Of a DNA stretch of 64,000 nucleotides, positions 26,201-39,000 are shown in pieces (position 1 is the first letter of the stretch; each line of letters begins with the position of its first letter). Position numbers and translations under genes: made by a program. The notes below the pieces were generated by a model that saw only the letters and a program-made list of their open reading frames with translations, made no database searches and had not been told where the DNA came from. Location of the stretch: assembly GCA_013239625.1 (NCBI GenBank), contig MU057352.1:29581277-29645276 (forward strand), given 5' to 3'. The DNA comes from Lama guanicoe (Eukaryota).

Positions 26201-27799
26201 TTTCACGCTCTCATCTGGAGCTGAACTGTACGCGCATCTTCCCTGCAACTCACCTCTCCCTGGAGACGCCAGTTCTCTTCCGGAAACAATCGTGGGGAGC
26301 TGCTCCTGGGAGAGGTCATGGGACTTGCCCAGGGAGTCCTGCTGCTTTACACCCAGTTAAGACAAGTAGGGCTGGAGGAGTCACCTGACTTCCCTGAGGC
26401 GGGGTTCCGCTCATCAATTTCAGAGTCAGGGCAAGACCTGGAGCCTCGAGTTTCCCCACCCAGATTCCTCTCACTGAACTACGAATCATGCACTACAAAA
26501 ATATTTTCTTAACCTCTAGCATGCATGGTTGACATGGGGGCACCTGATCTCCTTAGATACAATTCATGCAGGACTTTGCCAGTTAAAGCGATTACAGAGA
26601 AAAGGGGGCCTCAGAGCAAGGAATTATGCGCCCCAGAGCCCTGGGAGTAAAGCATTTCCACTCGCAGCTGCATCCAGGAAGAGGGAAGAGGTATGGGTTA
26701 CTGGTAATTTTTTCTCCCCTTCTGACATCTGTCTCATCTTTCAGGGAAACGCTCTGCAGAGCCTGCCACCTGGGTTTTCAGCTGGGATGTGCCGTGACTC
26801 AGGTGGTATGGTTCCGAGGGGAAAAATAAATAAATGAAGCAGTAAACAAGCCACAACCTGTCCATCTTTTCTCCAAGAACCCCATCACCACGGGCTGCTA
26901 TTTGTAGGATTCTCGCCAATAATTGTGTTTCACGCTGTGGCATTCTCCTACCACGTGGTGATGTGAAATAGTTAAATAAACTGACAGGAACATCTCATTT
27001 ATATCCCTTACTGGTGTTATGGCTGGTTTTCTTAATATGTTAGGGAAATTGCCCATACTACACCTGTCACAGGTGAAAAATCTGCATAGACATGCATAAT
27101 TCATGAATCTCCAATCCCAAAGAAAGAATTGGAAAGACTTGTTATTGCTCAAACGCCAGTTTTAACAGCGAAATCTCAGATATAATTGAAGACTCTGGGA
27201 AAGGCAGCTGTCGGAAGAAGCTTTTCCATTTGCTCAATATCCACGCCTGCTTGCCGTTGGCCATGGTAACTGATGCTTCTGGGTTTCATCCTCCCTGCCC
27301 CCAGCATTTCAGCAGAGCAAGTGCATCCCTGATGTAAGTAGACTGGATGCGAGGCAACCTGGATTTATGGTAAAAGCTGATGTGGGTGGAAGTTTGATGG
27401 GAACTCATCGATACCATATGAGTAATTTATAGACACAAAGAGATAATTTTCAAATTTCTGTATTTTTCATTGTCCTTCATTGCTTCTCTTGAGGAGCACT
27501 TGGTTAAGCACATAAGCACATTTGACCCTTCACTCGGGACGTTCTCACTGTCTGAGATGTTCTCTTACTGCTCTCTGCACATCATGAACTATGACTCCCT
27601 TTTCCATATTGACTATTTTAATTTCATTAGCTAAAAAAGCAAATGTGGCATGTAAGAATTTCCCACACCCTGGATTTTTTTGAATGTGACCTTATGATTA
27701 TATTCAGTTCAGTATTTTTGACAGTAGTATCATATGGATAGTTTGTCTCAATGCATCAAACCCAGAAGTTTGTGATATCCATCGGTGACATTTTTTCAC

Positions 27800-28030
27800 A
27801 ATAGTCTCAGAAGCAGATCAGTGATTGCAGGGGGAAAGGGGCTGGGCAAGAGCCGGGAAAGAAGAATTATAGAAGGGCATGGGGAAAATTTGAGGGGTGA
27901 CAGGCATGTTCCCTATCTTAATTGTGGTGATGGCCTCGTAGCTGTATACAAATAATAAAACTTACTGAATTACACAATTTAAATATGTGCTGTTTTTGTT
28001 CATTAACATCAAAAAATGGCTCTAAAAGTG
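27800..28030 (+). mobile_element. L1MC/L1MD-type 3' end
   Basis: agcagatcagtgattgc...aagggcatggggaaaatttgaggggtgacaggcatgttccctatcttaattgtggtgatgg...tttaaatatgtgc. Confidence 0.85.
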
Positions 28031-28444
28031 TGTGAGAGAATCACAATTTGTTGATCAAAGACATTTTTCTAAATAATTAACAAAATTAAGTTTCAGTTTC
28101 AGTCCTGCCTGGTAGGACTTCTCCTAGATTAATTTAGATTACATGGGTTGCCATTCCCCTAAGTCTTTCCTAAGTCTAGCAGACAGCAGAACTCTTTATT
28201 CCTTAAGAACTGATCACCTTTCCCAGAATGCAAATTTCCCGGTACATCATTTATGCTGCCCTCTGAGCACACTTACTTACTGGACACAGAGTCAAAACCC
28301 GGGGTTTCACCTGAAATAAGCCTAATCCTTGCCTCGACACCCCCGTTTCTGACGCATATACATATAATCAGTCAACAGTGAACATGACAAAATTGATCAC
28401 ATTTCAGTTATATCAATAAAGCACTTCTTTTAAGAAGCAACTCA

Positions 28445-28900
28445 GTCATCTGTTGTTATGTAACTAACCACCTCAAGAATTGGTGGCTTAAAACACCAAC
28501 ATCTATTTAGGGTGCCTGCAATTCAGGCAGGTTTTGGTGGGACAAACTCATCTTGCTCCACAAAGCATCAATTCCAGCATTGCTGGAGGATGAAGGCTCC
28601 ATTTTCAAGATGGCGCACGCACAACTGAGCAAACCGGTGCTGGCCATTTCCTGGGCGCCCAGCTGAGAATGTGGCTTGAGGCATTGTTTCCCCTCCAAGC
28701 AGACCCTCAAAGGGCTTCTTACAGCATGGAGGCTGGGTTTTAAGACAACAGTCCTAAACGTACGGACAAATAAGTGGCATATTTCGACCTAGCTTTGGAT
28801 GTTCTGTAAGGTCCCTTTTGACATACTGTTTTGGCCAAATTAATCCCAAGTGTCCACCCAGGTTTAAAAGTAGGGGATACAGCCGTAACATATGGATGAA
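28445..28900 (-). mobile_element. MaLR LTR (MLT1G/H-like)
   Basis: tgtaactaaccacctcaagaattggtggcttaaaacacc...tccattttcaagatggcgcacgcac...gggcttcttacagcatggaggctgggtt. Confidence 0.85.
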
Positions 28901-29479
28901 CAGTGATAATTTTGTAAAAGAACCTGTAGGAGAGACATTTTCCAGAGTGTTCTCTGGAAAAGTCAACCTGCTACAATAGGGTTCATTTATTTAAGATTCA
29001 TTTAGTATTTTAAACTTAGCACTGTTAAATTGCTATCATGTCTCCTCACAATGCTTGCATCATGTCTTCACAGTTGCTTACAGTAGCAACTTAGCACGCT
29101 GTTCAGAACTCCAACAGGTTCAATTTTATACATCGCTCCTCTTAAAGAAACAAGAAGCATAAAACCTTCCAAAGCTCCCTGTAAAGCCCAGACTTTAATA
29201 TGAGTTCCGAACAATTAAAAAGAGAATAAGAAAAAACACCCACACAAAACTGTAAATTAAAAAGCAAAGCATTTTGCAACTAAAAGTCATTAAGTGAATT
29301 TTCGAGAAAACCATTTTAGTGTGTTAAAATCCATTCAATTGGTTTTCACTTGATAGATTCTCCATTTGATCCTGGAGATGGATACAAGCTGAACTGAGCA
29401 TAATTTGTTTTCATTTTTAGTTTGTAATTCTTTAGTAAGATGTTTTACCCATATTTTACTAATACTAATGGAGGCTCTG

Positions 29480-29540
29480 GTGTGTGTGTGTGCACGCGTG
29501 CACGTGTGTGTGCGTGTGCAGAGAGAGAGACAGAGAGAGG
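29480..29540. repeat. Compound (TG/CG/CA)n-(GA)n microsatellite
   Basis: 41 bp of alternating purine/pyrimidine, directly followed by a GA-rich tract. Confidence 0.95.
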
Positions 29541-29589
29541 CATTTTGTCAATGATGTCATATATAGAACAGATAAACACAACCAAGAGG

Positions 29590-29815
29590 TCCAGTGTGGT
29601 GGGGGAAAGAATAGGTTTGGAGCTATTTATAAATTATTTAAATTCTGTTCACACACCTATGAGTTGTGACATTTCCAGGCAGGTTGTTTAATCTTGCTAA
29701 GCATCAGCTTTTTTCATCTGTAAAATGGAAATAACAAAGACCCACTGGACCGAATGATTACATGAAATGAATGAAATAATTTTTTAATTTCCTGGTGCAG
29801 AGTAGATGCTCAATT
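29590..29815 (+). mobile_element. MIR SINE
   Basis: gttgtgacatttccaggcaggttgtttaatctt...catcagcttttttcatctgtaaaatggaaataaca...cctggtgcagagtagatgctcaat. Confidence 0.8.
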
Positions 29816-32134
29816 AGTTTTTGGATTATTTTTCTTCCCTCTTACACCAGTCTGTTAACAGTTTTCTATTGACCTTTATACCTCTGACTTTTAAAATATT
29901 TAACACACTATTCCTATGTTTCCTATCTGAGATCTTCTCTGTCATCATATTCATCTTTGGAACTGCACCATTGCAGATGCAAGGGGCCTGCTGGGTGATC
30001 AATAATAAATGTTTGGACAATTAAGTCACTAATATTGATAACTTTTCCATTCTTAAGCAGCTTTTAAATATTTATAAAACACTTGCTACTATTTTATTTC
30101 CTTATTACAACACAGATCCATCAGCTTTTAATGAAGAAGGTGTGATCAAGAAGAGTTGAATCTGGCTTAGAGCATGCAAGGAATAAGAAATAATTTAATT
30201 TACAACTCAGTTTCTACGCCAGTGTTTACATGCTTGTTCAGATTTCAGGTTAATTTCAAAACAGGTAATTGCCAGAAGAAAATTACTATCCAAAATGAAG
30301 CCATTCCATTTGACTAATTTAGCCCAGTTATTTCAGAAGGTGGGGAGTCATCTTCGCCGGAGACTTGCAGAAAGGAAAACCATTGCCATTAACGAGTTAA
30401 CCTCCACAGACAGCACTGAGAGCACGCCGGTCTCATGGAAGGAGCTGCACCTTGGAAGGGCGCAGCTTGGGAAGACAGAACTGCAGAGAAAGCTTGGTTT
30501 GATACTGTCGGAAAACTCATAAATGTTTCATAAGGGCTCCTCAGAAGAAGAGGAAGATAAAACCTCACCAAATGACCTCTTTTGATTTTCTCATAATGGG
30601 AAGATTATAAACCCTGATGGAGCATCAGGCTGGAGTGAAGACCTGCCTTTTGAAAACCTGAAAATGCCTTGTCAGGACCCATTTTCTCCTATCTGATGCT
30701 GCGTGTCCCTGCTCCTCTGCACTTGAAGAGGGAGAAGGTTATCAGATTGTCACAGCAAGGGCAGCTGTGAAGTCACCCAGGGAGGGAAACCTACCCCACC
30801 CCTCACTGATTGGCTGGGCCGGCAGATCTGGCCGCTGTTCACTGGGAAGGACTGGCGGGGGCAGGACCAGATTCCTCTGCAGGCGCTGGGTACAGAGTTG
30901 TCTTTTCAGCCCCGTTCCCACCCACTCTGTGCCCCCAGGAGCTCGCCAACACCGCAGCAAGGCTGACTCACTCCGCTCTCGGACACATGGTGTGGATGTT
31001 GTACATGGTAAATGAATGAGCGGGTCCTGAAACTCTTTGTGAGTTGCGTGACATCATACAACATATTTCTTGCAAAAACATCTTCCCCTATTCATTCCGT
31101 CAAGAACAACTTTCATTGTAGGAAGATTAAAAAATATATAAACACGCCGAAAGAAACAGCATGATCATTTACTCCAGGAGCAGACGTGACCTCCTGTGTC
31201 ACAAGGGAGACTCTTCCCCAAGTAAGAAACTTCAGGGGACAGCTTGGTTTTCCTCCAAAACCCTTTTCTCTAGCAGTTTCAGTCCTCTTAATTCTACCAG
31301 GATGAGTAGGACCCCCTTACCATACCTATATCAACATCTAAGGATATGAATATATAGATTTCCATATATTCACATATATACAATTTCAGTGGAAAATAGT
31401 TTCATGCATAAAATATATTTAAGTCATATCTATTATACATTTTATGTACATTATACATTGTTTTAATATATACATACATCTGCATATATGTGTAAATTAT
31501 AAAGGATAAAGATATGATTATATACAAACACACACACACAACTTGTACTGTGTATGGTGGCCAGTGTGCTTACCCCGCCCTGTTATACTCAGAACATGTC
31601 TGAGACCTAAGTGGGCACAGAAATCTTGCTCATCGGTCACTGGGCTGTCATGACCTAGCGTACCTCTTCTCCTAGACACGCTCTCTGTTGGGTCTGAGTC
31701 ATGACAAGATCCCTGGAGTGCCGTGTGCATGCCTGCACCCACGGGTCACTGCGGGTACCACGGCCTCCCCTCCCCTCTATAAATAGACCCCACTCTATCC
31801 TTTGAGATCAGTCCTGAATTCCATCTCCTCCATAAAGCTGCTCTGAATTTTCTGGACCACGGTGAGTGTTCCATTTCTTTGGACTCTTGGGGCCACACAC
31901 TTTGTAGATGTCATCCTGTGTTTCCTTCTGAAATGCTTGCACAAGAGACTTCCCATCTGTTGAATGCCTTTTCTCTTTCATAGTTACTGGCCTTTGTTCT
32001 CAGGATAAGACTAATTCCTTTTCCATCAATTAACTTCCCCTTAATTCAGCTTCTTCATCTTTAAGTGGTGGTGATAATGTGCTAATTCTTTTGGATCACC
32101 AGAAAGATTAAATGAGTTTTAAATTTAAAAAGAA

Positions 32135-32207
<73 letters not shown>
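32135..32207. repeat. Compound (AT)11(AG)~25 microsatellite
   Basis: Read directly; one AAAG interruption in the AG tract. Confidence 0.98.
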
Positions 32208-34534
32208 CTCCAGAACTTAGTATTCGCCTATTAAATATTTGTTGAACCATGTTAACATGTGAATACACCACTGAGTCACTATTATTATTTTTTATTATGA
32301 TTACTTTTACCTTTGTTGCTACTTTCAGTTCTACTGTGACTCCTCCTTCATTAGCCCCACGGCATATTCCAACACTGGATTCTGATAAAGAGGCTTTCTC
32401 CCTTTGGATTGTGTCTCATTTTTACCCGGGTTCCCTATATCCAAATTTCTCCATGAAGTATATTAAACTTTGCGAACCCCTGTACCCTTTTCTTGTGCTC
32501 AAGGGCACCTGTATGCATGCGTTCCTTTCTAGTTTAACTTGTTTTTACAACTTCCACCAAACGCTTTCCATAGGAAATGTTAACCTTACTGAATTTCTGT
32601 TAAGATTTTTCATTGTGGTTGTTTTTCAAGGTTTCTTTTCCTGTGTTATGTAAATATGTGCCTGTAGTTCTAAAATATTTTTCATAAAGGGGGAAAAATG
32701 GAAAATTGATTAAAGTAGAACACAGAAAATATAAAATAACCAACGTTACGCTTTCAAAAGACTATTTTTTCACTGAATGCATTTTGGGACAAATTATATT
32801 AGCTCTCACTGGAATCATCAAATGTTCCAGGTCGTCCCCATGTGGATGAGTTTACAACTAAATACCGCGATTAGAATTGGTTACATTGCGGCTGGGTAAG
32901 CATGTGGACAGATCACTCGGCTCCTTTCCGTGAATGAATAATTCTTAGGGACCACTGGCCCCCCATTCAACCTCTTCCTTTGCTGTGACAACCACAGAAA
33001 GAGCAGCCCTTTGCCACGTCAAGAACACTTTCTTATTGTTACTCCTTCTTATTCCTTGGCTCCTAAACCTGGCATTGGTCAGAGGAGGTATTTTTTTAGA
33101 CGGTGAAATTGAATTGGCAAAGAATTCTTCCACTTTCCTCTTTTCTTCTGTAAAGAAAGATAAATTTGATTTTTCCTTTCAGATCTTTGCTTGGCTCCAC
33201 CCTTCTCCATACCCAAGTTCCGGCTCAACGTCACCTCCTCAAAAGGAAACTTTCACGACCAACTGACTTTGGTGCCCTTGTGGGTGTATCTCTGGTTCTC
33301 TCACTAGAATAGATGAACATGATAACAATTAATTCACGTGTTTACTGCCAAGTGTCTACTGTCTATAATAGTGACAGACAGGTGACAGCCACTCAGAAAA
33401 ACGTGTGTGGACGTAAGGAAGAGGGACAGAAGGAAGACACAGAGGGAGGGAGGGGGTGGGGAAGAACACAGAAGGAAAGGATACTTAACTAACAAAACTT
33501 TAGCCCGAGAATGACCTAGGAAGGTCGGAGAACTAGGACACCATCTAAAGATGCTGGGAAATGTGCTCGGGGTGGGGTGGGGTAGGATCTCCTAAGGTTC
33601 ATTTCTGTTGGAGCTCATAGAGAGATGTCCAACGGAACTTTTAAGTTCTCCGTAGAGTCCTGGTCACCAAACAAGAAAGAGGAACTTCAGAGAGGACTTA
33701 GTTCCTAGAACACAACGTAGATATTTGGCTGGAAGCGTTCTGTGCTGCCTCTGAAATCCAGGTGTGACTCCCCTGGCAGCACGGCATATAAAACACTGGT
33801 GGACAGGATGCCAGCAGCCAGTGACATTCCTTTGTAAGAAAGAGAACTGAAGAGGGTCTGGGAGAAAGGAAAGGGAGGCCATTTACTGGGGGCTCAGTGT
33901 CTCTCAGTTTTTAAAGGAAAGGCCTTACTTGGTCATCATAGAGGTCATCATGCTCTGCGTGGAGTCCACCAACTCACGAGCATAAAAAGAAATTCAGTGC
34001 AAAATCCCAGAATGTTAAGTATCACGATGCACGTACAACTGGGTCAAAAGAAACCAAAAAAAAAAAAAAAAAAAAAGAAAGAAAAATTTAAAAATGTGAA
34101 GTGTGCTCTAAAAACATAATTTAAATCGCAGTATTCAAATCTATATACAGCTCCCTGCTAATTCCCCACCTAAGGTGCTTCCAGGGCGCCTCCCTTCCTT
34201 TGAAGTCATTCTCTTACTCAGAAGTTATTCTCCCTGCTGCTGGCAACCAGATCCATTTCCTGAAGGATCCTGCCACTTCAAATACCTGGTTGCATAAGAA
34301 CAGTTTCTAAACATTATAATCCTACTTAGCAACTCCCTCTGGGGAAAACAGACAAGCTCTGGGAATCCCGAGAGGGTATCTCATCTGTGCTCAGTGTATT
34401 TTCGACCTCGCAAACCAGCTACGTGCATTCCTCTCTCCTGCTCACGTCTGAAGCCCCTGCTATTCCGCTGGTTTCTGCTAGACAGGCCCCGTGTCGGCCC
34501 GCAGCCTTCCCTTAACAGTGCAGGGGGGCCAGTG

Positions 34535-34895
34535 CTTTTGTTTTTCTCATTGCAGTGTGGTCAGCTACAATGTGTCAGTTTCTGGTGTGCAGCACAGTGT
34601 CCCAGTCATGCATACGGGTACATGTATTCGTTTTCATATTCTTTTTCATTAACGGTTATTACAAGATATTGAATATGGTTCCCTGTGCTGTACAGAAGAA
34701 ATCTGTCTTTTATCTACTTTTATGTATAGTGGTTAACATTTGCAAATCTCAAACTCCCAAATTTAGCCCTTCCCACCCTCCTTCCCCAGTAACCATAAGA
34801 TTGTTTGCTGTGTCTGCGAGACTGTTTCTATTGTAGATGAGTTCATAAGTAACCTCTTTTTTCTTTTCTTTCTTTTCTTTTCTTTTTTTTTTTTG
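34535..34895 (-). mobile_element. Lineage-specific (camelid-type) L1 3' end
   Basis: tgtgtcagtttctggtgtgcagcacagtgtcccagtcatgcat...ttattacaagatattgaatatggttccctgtgctgtacag...tttgcaaatctcaaactcccaaattta. Reverse complement of 38030-38280. Confidence 0.92.
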
Positions 34896-34946
34896 AAGTT
34901 CCTGATGTCTGAAGGCCAACCTCCAGTTGTTGCAAAGGTGTCATGT

Positions 34947-35330
34947 GAGTCAGGAGAGGCTGCTGGGTAGCATTAACAACACATAACACCAAATCCTGAT
35001 GGACCGAAACAACAAAAACCTATTTCTCGTGTCCCCAATATCTGCTGCAGGTCCAGTCAACTCACAGACGAGTTTTCTGCAGGTGGTGACTCTGCAAGAG
35101 AGGCTGCTTCCGTCCCAAGGATACTTCTGTGATTGCTGGGGCAAGAGAAAGGAGCATGGAAAAGCAAGCACCAGCCCTTACGTGTTTCAGCTGGACATGC
35201 ACCATCACTTTTTGATGCAACCAAGTGCCAGGAACTAGTCACATGGAACCACTGTGATGACAGAGAGTGGGAAGATAGTCTTCCACGCAGATGAGAAGTA
35301 TTAGAGGCATTAAGAATGTCTACCACAGAT
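34947..35330 (-). mobile_element. MaLR LTR (MLT1I/J/K-like)
   Basis: gagtcaggagaggct...aacaacaaaaacctatttctc...ccaggaactagtcacatgg...gtctaccaca. Confidence 0.7.
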
Positions 35331-35449
35331 TGCTGGGGTGACTTTTCGTTCTTCTTTCATTTTTCCAGCTGTTTTTTGTTCCTTGAAATTCAAAATTGCT
35401 GTCTGAGCTACAGTTCTCTGTAACTGTACTCATCATATAGGGACTGCAA

Positions 35450-36350
35450 TAGGACCTCAAGCCCTCAAACTCAGTGTGATGAAACCGTATCTGCCTGCTT
35501 TCTCCCAGCCTCTCATTTGTCTCAAGTTCCTCGTCTCAGTAAATGGTACCACCTCAACCATGTGTTGCTTCCATCCCATGGTAGCAAATTTCTAATGCCA
35601 GAAACCCAGAGGTCATCTTTACCGACCTACCCTTCCCTTTGCCTTTGTATTATGTTAATAACCAAGACCTGCTGAGTCTTACTTACTCTTCAAATCGAAC
35701 TTAGGTGTTTCCAAGGAAACTGCTTTGCTAAGGTCTCACCTGACCACCTGTGTTCATTTCTCCCTTCTCACTCCGACTCCCTTCCCCCAACACAGTACAT
35801 TTCCCAAACTGCAGTCTCCAATACCACGAAGGCAAAGGCCTTTCCAAAAATCTGCCAGTGGATTTCCCATTATTTTGGAGCAAAATTTGAAATATTGGGT
35901 TATCCCCTGGAATTCCCTGGCCTTGCCCTTTTCTGTATCTCCAGGCTATTTTCATGCTGCCTTCCTCATCTTGCTCCCCACACTGTGGACACACACACAC
36001 ACACACAGAGTTTGATGCCTTCTGTTTTCAACTCCTCTGTTGGATCCTCTGTTTGGGGGCCCTTCACACCTCATGAAATTTGAAATCGTCCTCGAGGAAA
36101 CAGACTCCTAGACACCTTCCAGATCTAAGTTTAAATATAATTTCCAGGTTGTTTGGGTTAGTTTAATACTCCACTGGCAACCTGTATTGCTAACTGCTAG
36201 TACTTAACCACGATTTTAGCTAATTAACCATTTCAATAAGTCTTTGCTTAATAGCTGTCCCCTACTATACTCAAGGTTTTATGAGAACAGAATCTTGACC
36301 AATACTGTCTGCAATATTTTATATAACAGATATTTAGTAAATATTGAATA
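35450..36350 (+). mobile_element. L2 LINE fragment(s)
   Basis: cctcaaactcagtgtg...tcctcgtctcagtaaatggtaccacc...ccagaaacccagaggtcatc...ccagtggatttcccatt; ends gatatttagtaaatattgaatag. Confidence 0.75.
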
Positions 36351-36404
36351 GGTGAATTATACAGTCACATAAAGCAGCATGCCAAAATATGGTCTCCAGT
36401 AGAG

Positions 36405-36490
36405 TTACATTTGTACATTTGTATGTATATTTACATGTGTGTATACATGCATGTGCACACGTGTATTTATATGTATATGTGCACATGCAG
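36405..36490. repeat. Degenerate TATG/TG low-complexity tract
   Basis: Mostly alternating purine/pyrimidine (gtatgtatatttacatgtgtgtatacatgcatgtgcacacgtg...). Confidence 0.85.
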
Positions 36491-38029
36491 AGATGTGTTC
36501 CTGTTTGTTTATAGGCATTTGCATCAATATGCTTGTGTGTGCGTATTCATCTCGGAGAAATGTGAAGGAGAGTTCCAGGAAAAGTCTATGTTTGAAGAAA
36601 CACTTAAACTATAAAGAGCCGAAAAGATGGAAAGTATTTTGGAGATGAGTGACAGGGGACTGAAAGCGATGGTGGTTGGAGGTGGAAAATGGAGACATGA
36701 AAACAGAAAGAGGGAGGAAAGGTAAATCATGGCATCAGAAAAAAAAGCAAAGTTTGGAAAGTTTCGCCGGCGAATTTGAGAAATAAGAACACCGACAGGT
36801 AAAAGATATAAAGCACTCATGCAATTTGTTCTCATGATGTGAGCGTGGTGAACGCCAGGGAGTCTGCCATGAACTTCACATCAGTGGACACGATTCTCAA
36901 CACATTCCTGCAGCTCATCTCCCAGGGCCATAGCGTCAGAGCACAGAGGGGCTGACTGGAGATCTCTGTGTGGCCTCGAACCACCTTCTTTTCCTAAGAC
37001 ACACTGTGAAGCAGCGAGGGCCTCATTTAATACTTGCCAGCTGAGCTGCAGGGAGGTGAATACACGTAAAGAAAGCCTTGGGGGAGTGGAGGGAGAAAGT
37101 TCTGAAGTCTGAGAGGTGTGGGTGGCTGCTGGAAAGCATTTCTTGAGATGTTTCAGTGTCAATGAGAAATAATTATCTTCCTTTCCTGAAGACCCTCGAA
37201 CGCTTATGGTGAAAAGCAAGCAGCCCCAACAAACGCGGGCGGGGCTCCCTGAGGCATGCCCGCGACTTCAGCAAATGTGGTTTCCTCTTTAATTTTTATG
37301 GCCTGAAATGTTAAGCACTTTATTAGCATTTTATCTAATTGCTCACTCTGGGAAAAAGGAGTGAAGAGCAAGTATGAACATTTCTGAAAACAGAACACCA
37401 TCTCCAGGCTACTCACTACTCCATCTTCTGGGAAATGACCAAAGGGACACGGAGAGATCTTTGTTGACGTGTAACCACCTGCGATCTTTTTCCGTCACCA
37501 GGTGATATCCAATATTGCCTATTTAAAAACTATGCTGACCTTGAATTGATCTTAATTCTCTCCACATTGCCTCAGGAAGAAATAAATTTAACTGTCAAAG
37601 TGTTCACCGTAGGATCACAATGGGAGACAATGAACACTAATCTTGATGCCAGGCTGTGTTGCTGGGTCTGTAAGAAGACACAGACAGTGGCTACCAGTCT
37701 TTAATTCACGACCTTACTCCAGTCTTTGTCCACGGCTTCACCAGTGTCGTCACATTTACTCCTCATTGGATTAAGCATCACAACTGGATGAGATAGTTAG
37801 GTGCTTCCCCGGCTTGCAAATAAGGAACCTAAGACGCGGCAGAAGTTTGGCTGATTTTTGCTAATGCTTGGTAAGTGCTTAGGATGGAGCAGACTCTGTA
37901 CCACCTGCTTCCTGAGTTTAACAGCTCAATCCTCTCCCCCGTCGCACTCAGACAGTCGCTGGGGAAGATGTGCTCTGACTGGTGACAAAAGAATCTGATC
38001 TCCTTCCATCCAGTACCATTGCCATCTTG

Positions 38030-38280
38030 AGAAGGAAAGGGGGGAAGGGATAAATCTGGGAGTTTGAGATTTGCAAATGTTAGCCACTACATATAAAAAT
38101 AGATTTAAAAAACTAGAATTCTTTGGTACAGCACAGGGGACTATATTCAATATCTTCTAATAACCTTTAATGGAAAAGAATATGAAAATGAATACATGTA
38201 TGTATATGCATGACTGGGACATTGTGCTGCACACCAGAAACTGACACATTGTAACTGACTGCACTTCAATAAAAAAAAAT
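38030..38280 (+). mobile_element. Lineage-specific (camelid-type) L1 3' end with A-tail
   Basis: gggaagggataaatctgggagtttgagatttgcaaat...actatattcaatatctt...catgactgggacattgtgctgcacaccagaaactgacacattgtaactgactgcacttcaataaaaaaaaa. Confidence 0.92.
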
Positions 38281-38784
38281 TTTTTAGGAGTGTGTGTTTC
38301 CAGCACCACAAGGCATAGGGGAGCGAATGTGAGAGTTAGCAGGCATGTTGTAAGGATGCAGCCTGGGAGTGGAGGACACTATTTCTGCATCCACTGGACA
38401 TAAATCAGACCCACTTTCCAGTCTCACTGCCTTGCTGGGGAATGTCAGGTTCACACATCTAGCCGGAAAGAGAAACATTCTCTGTGGATCATGAGCTAAA
38501 AACAAGGGCTCAGATGTCAACTGTCGGGAGAAACACCAGCGTGTCTTTTTCTCTCCTGATCCAGCACATGAGTCCTGATGGATGTTATGTTCCCCCTTTT
38601 AAGTGAGGGAACACTTGATTGTATAAGTGGGGGTGGGGGATGCAGTCAAAACTTGGACTTTTGAAGTCATGCAAACTATGGGTTCTAAATCAGTCTCTGT
38701 CATTTATAAATTCTGTGACAGGTAGCATGTTGTGTGACCGTACTGAATCTATTTCTTTAGCTGTAAAATCGTATGTTGCTTTTA

Positions 38785-39000
38785 GCAATTGTTTGTTCTT
38801 AAAACCAACATTATTAGGTGCTTAGGAATCAAAGATGAACAAAGACAGATATCCCCTGCTCTCATGAAAGCTATACAGTAGCAAAGAAGGCAGTCAGTAA
38901 TAAGATCATCAATAATCATAAACAGAAATGGAAAGTTACGTTAGTTATGAATGTTAATAAGCATGTGTGCGTGATAATTGGAAAGCCTAACAGGGCATTT
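38785..39000 (-). mobile_element. L2 3' fragment
   Basis: taggtgcttaggaatcaaagatgaacaaagacagatatcccctgctctcatgaaagctatacagtag. Confidence 0.75.

Noticed and set aside
30295-30522. Protein-like 75-aa ORF
   Set aside because: No convincing splice-site pair, homology or promoter; overlaps an enhancer-like block.
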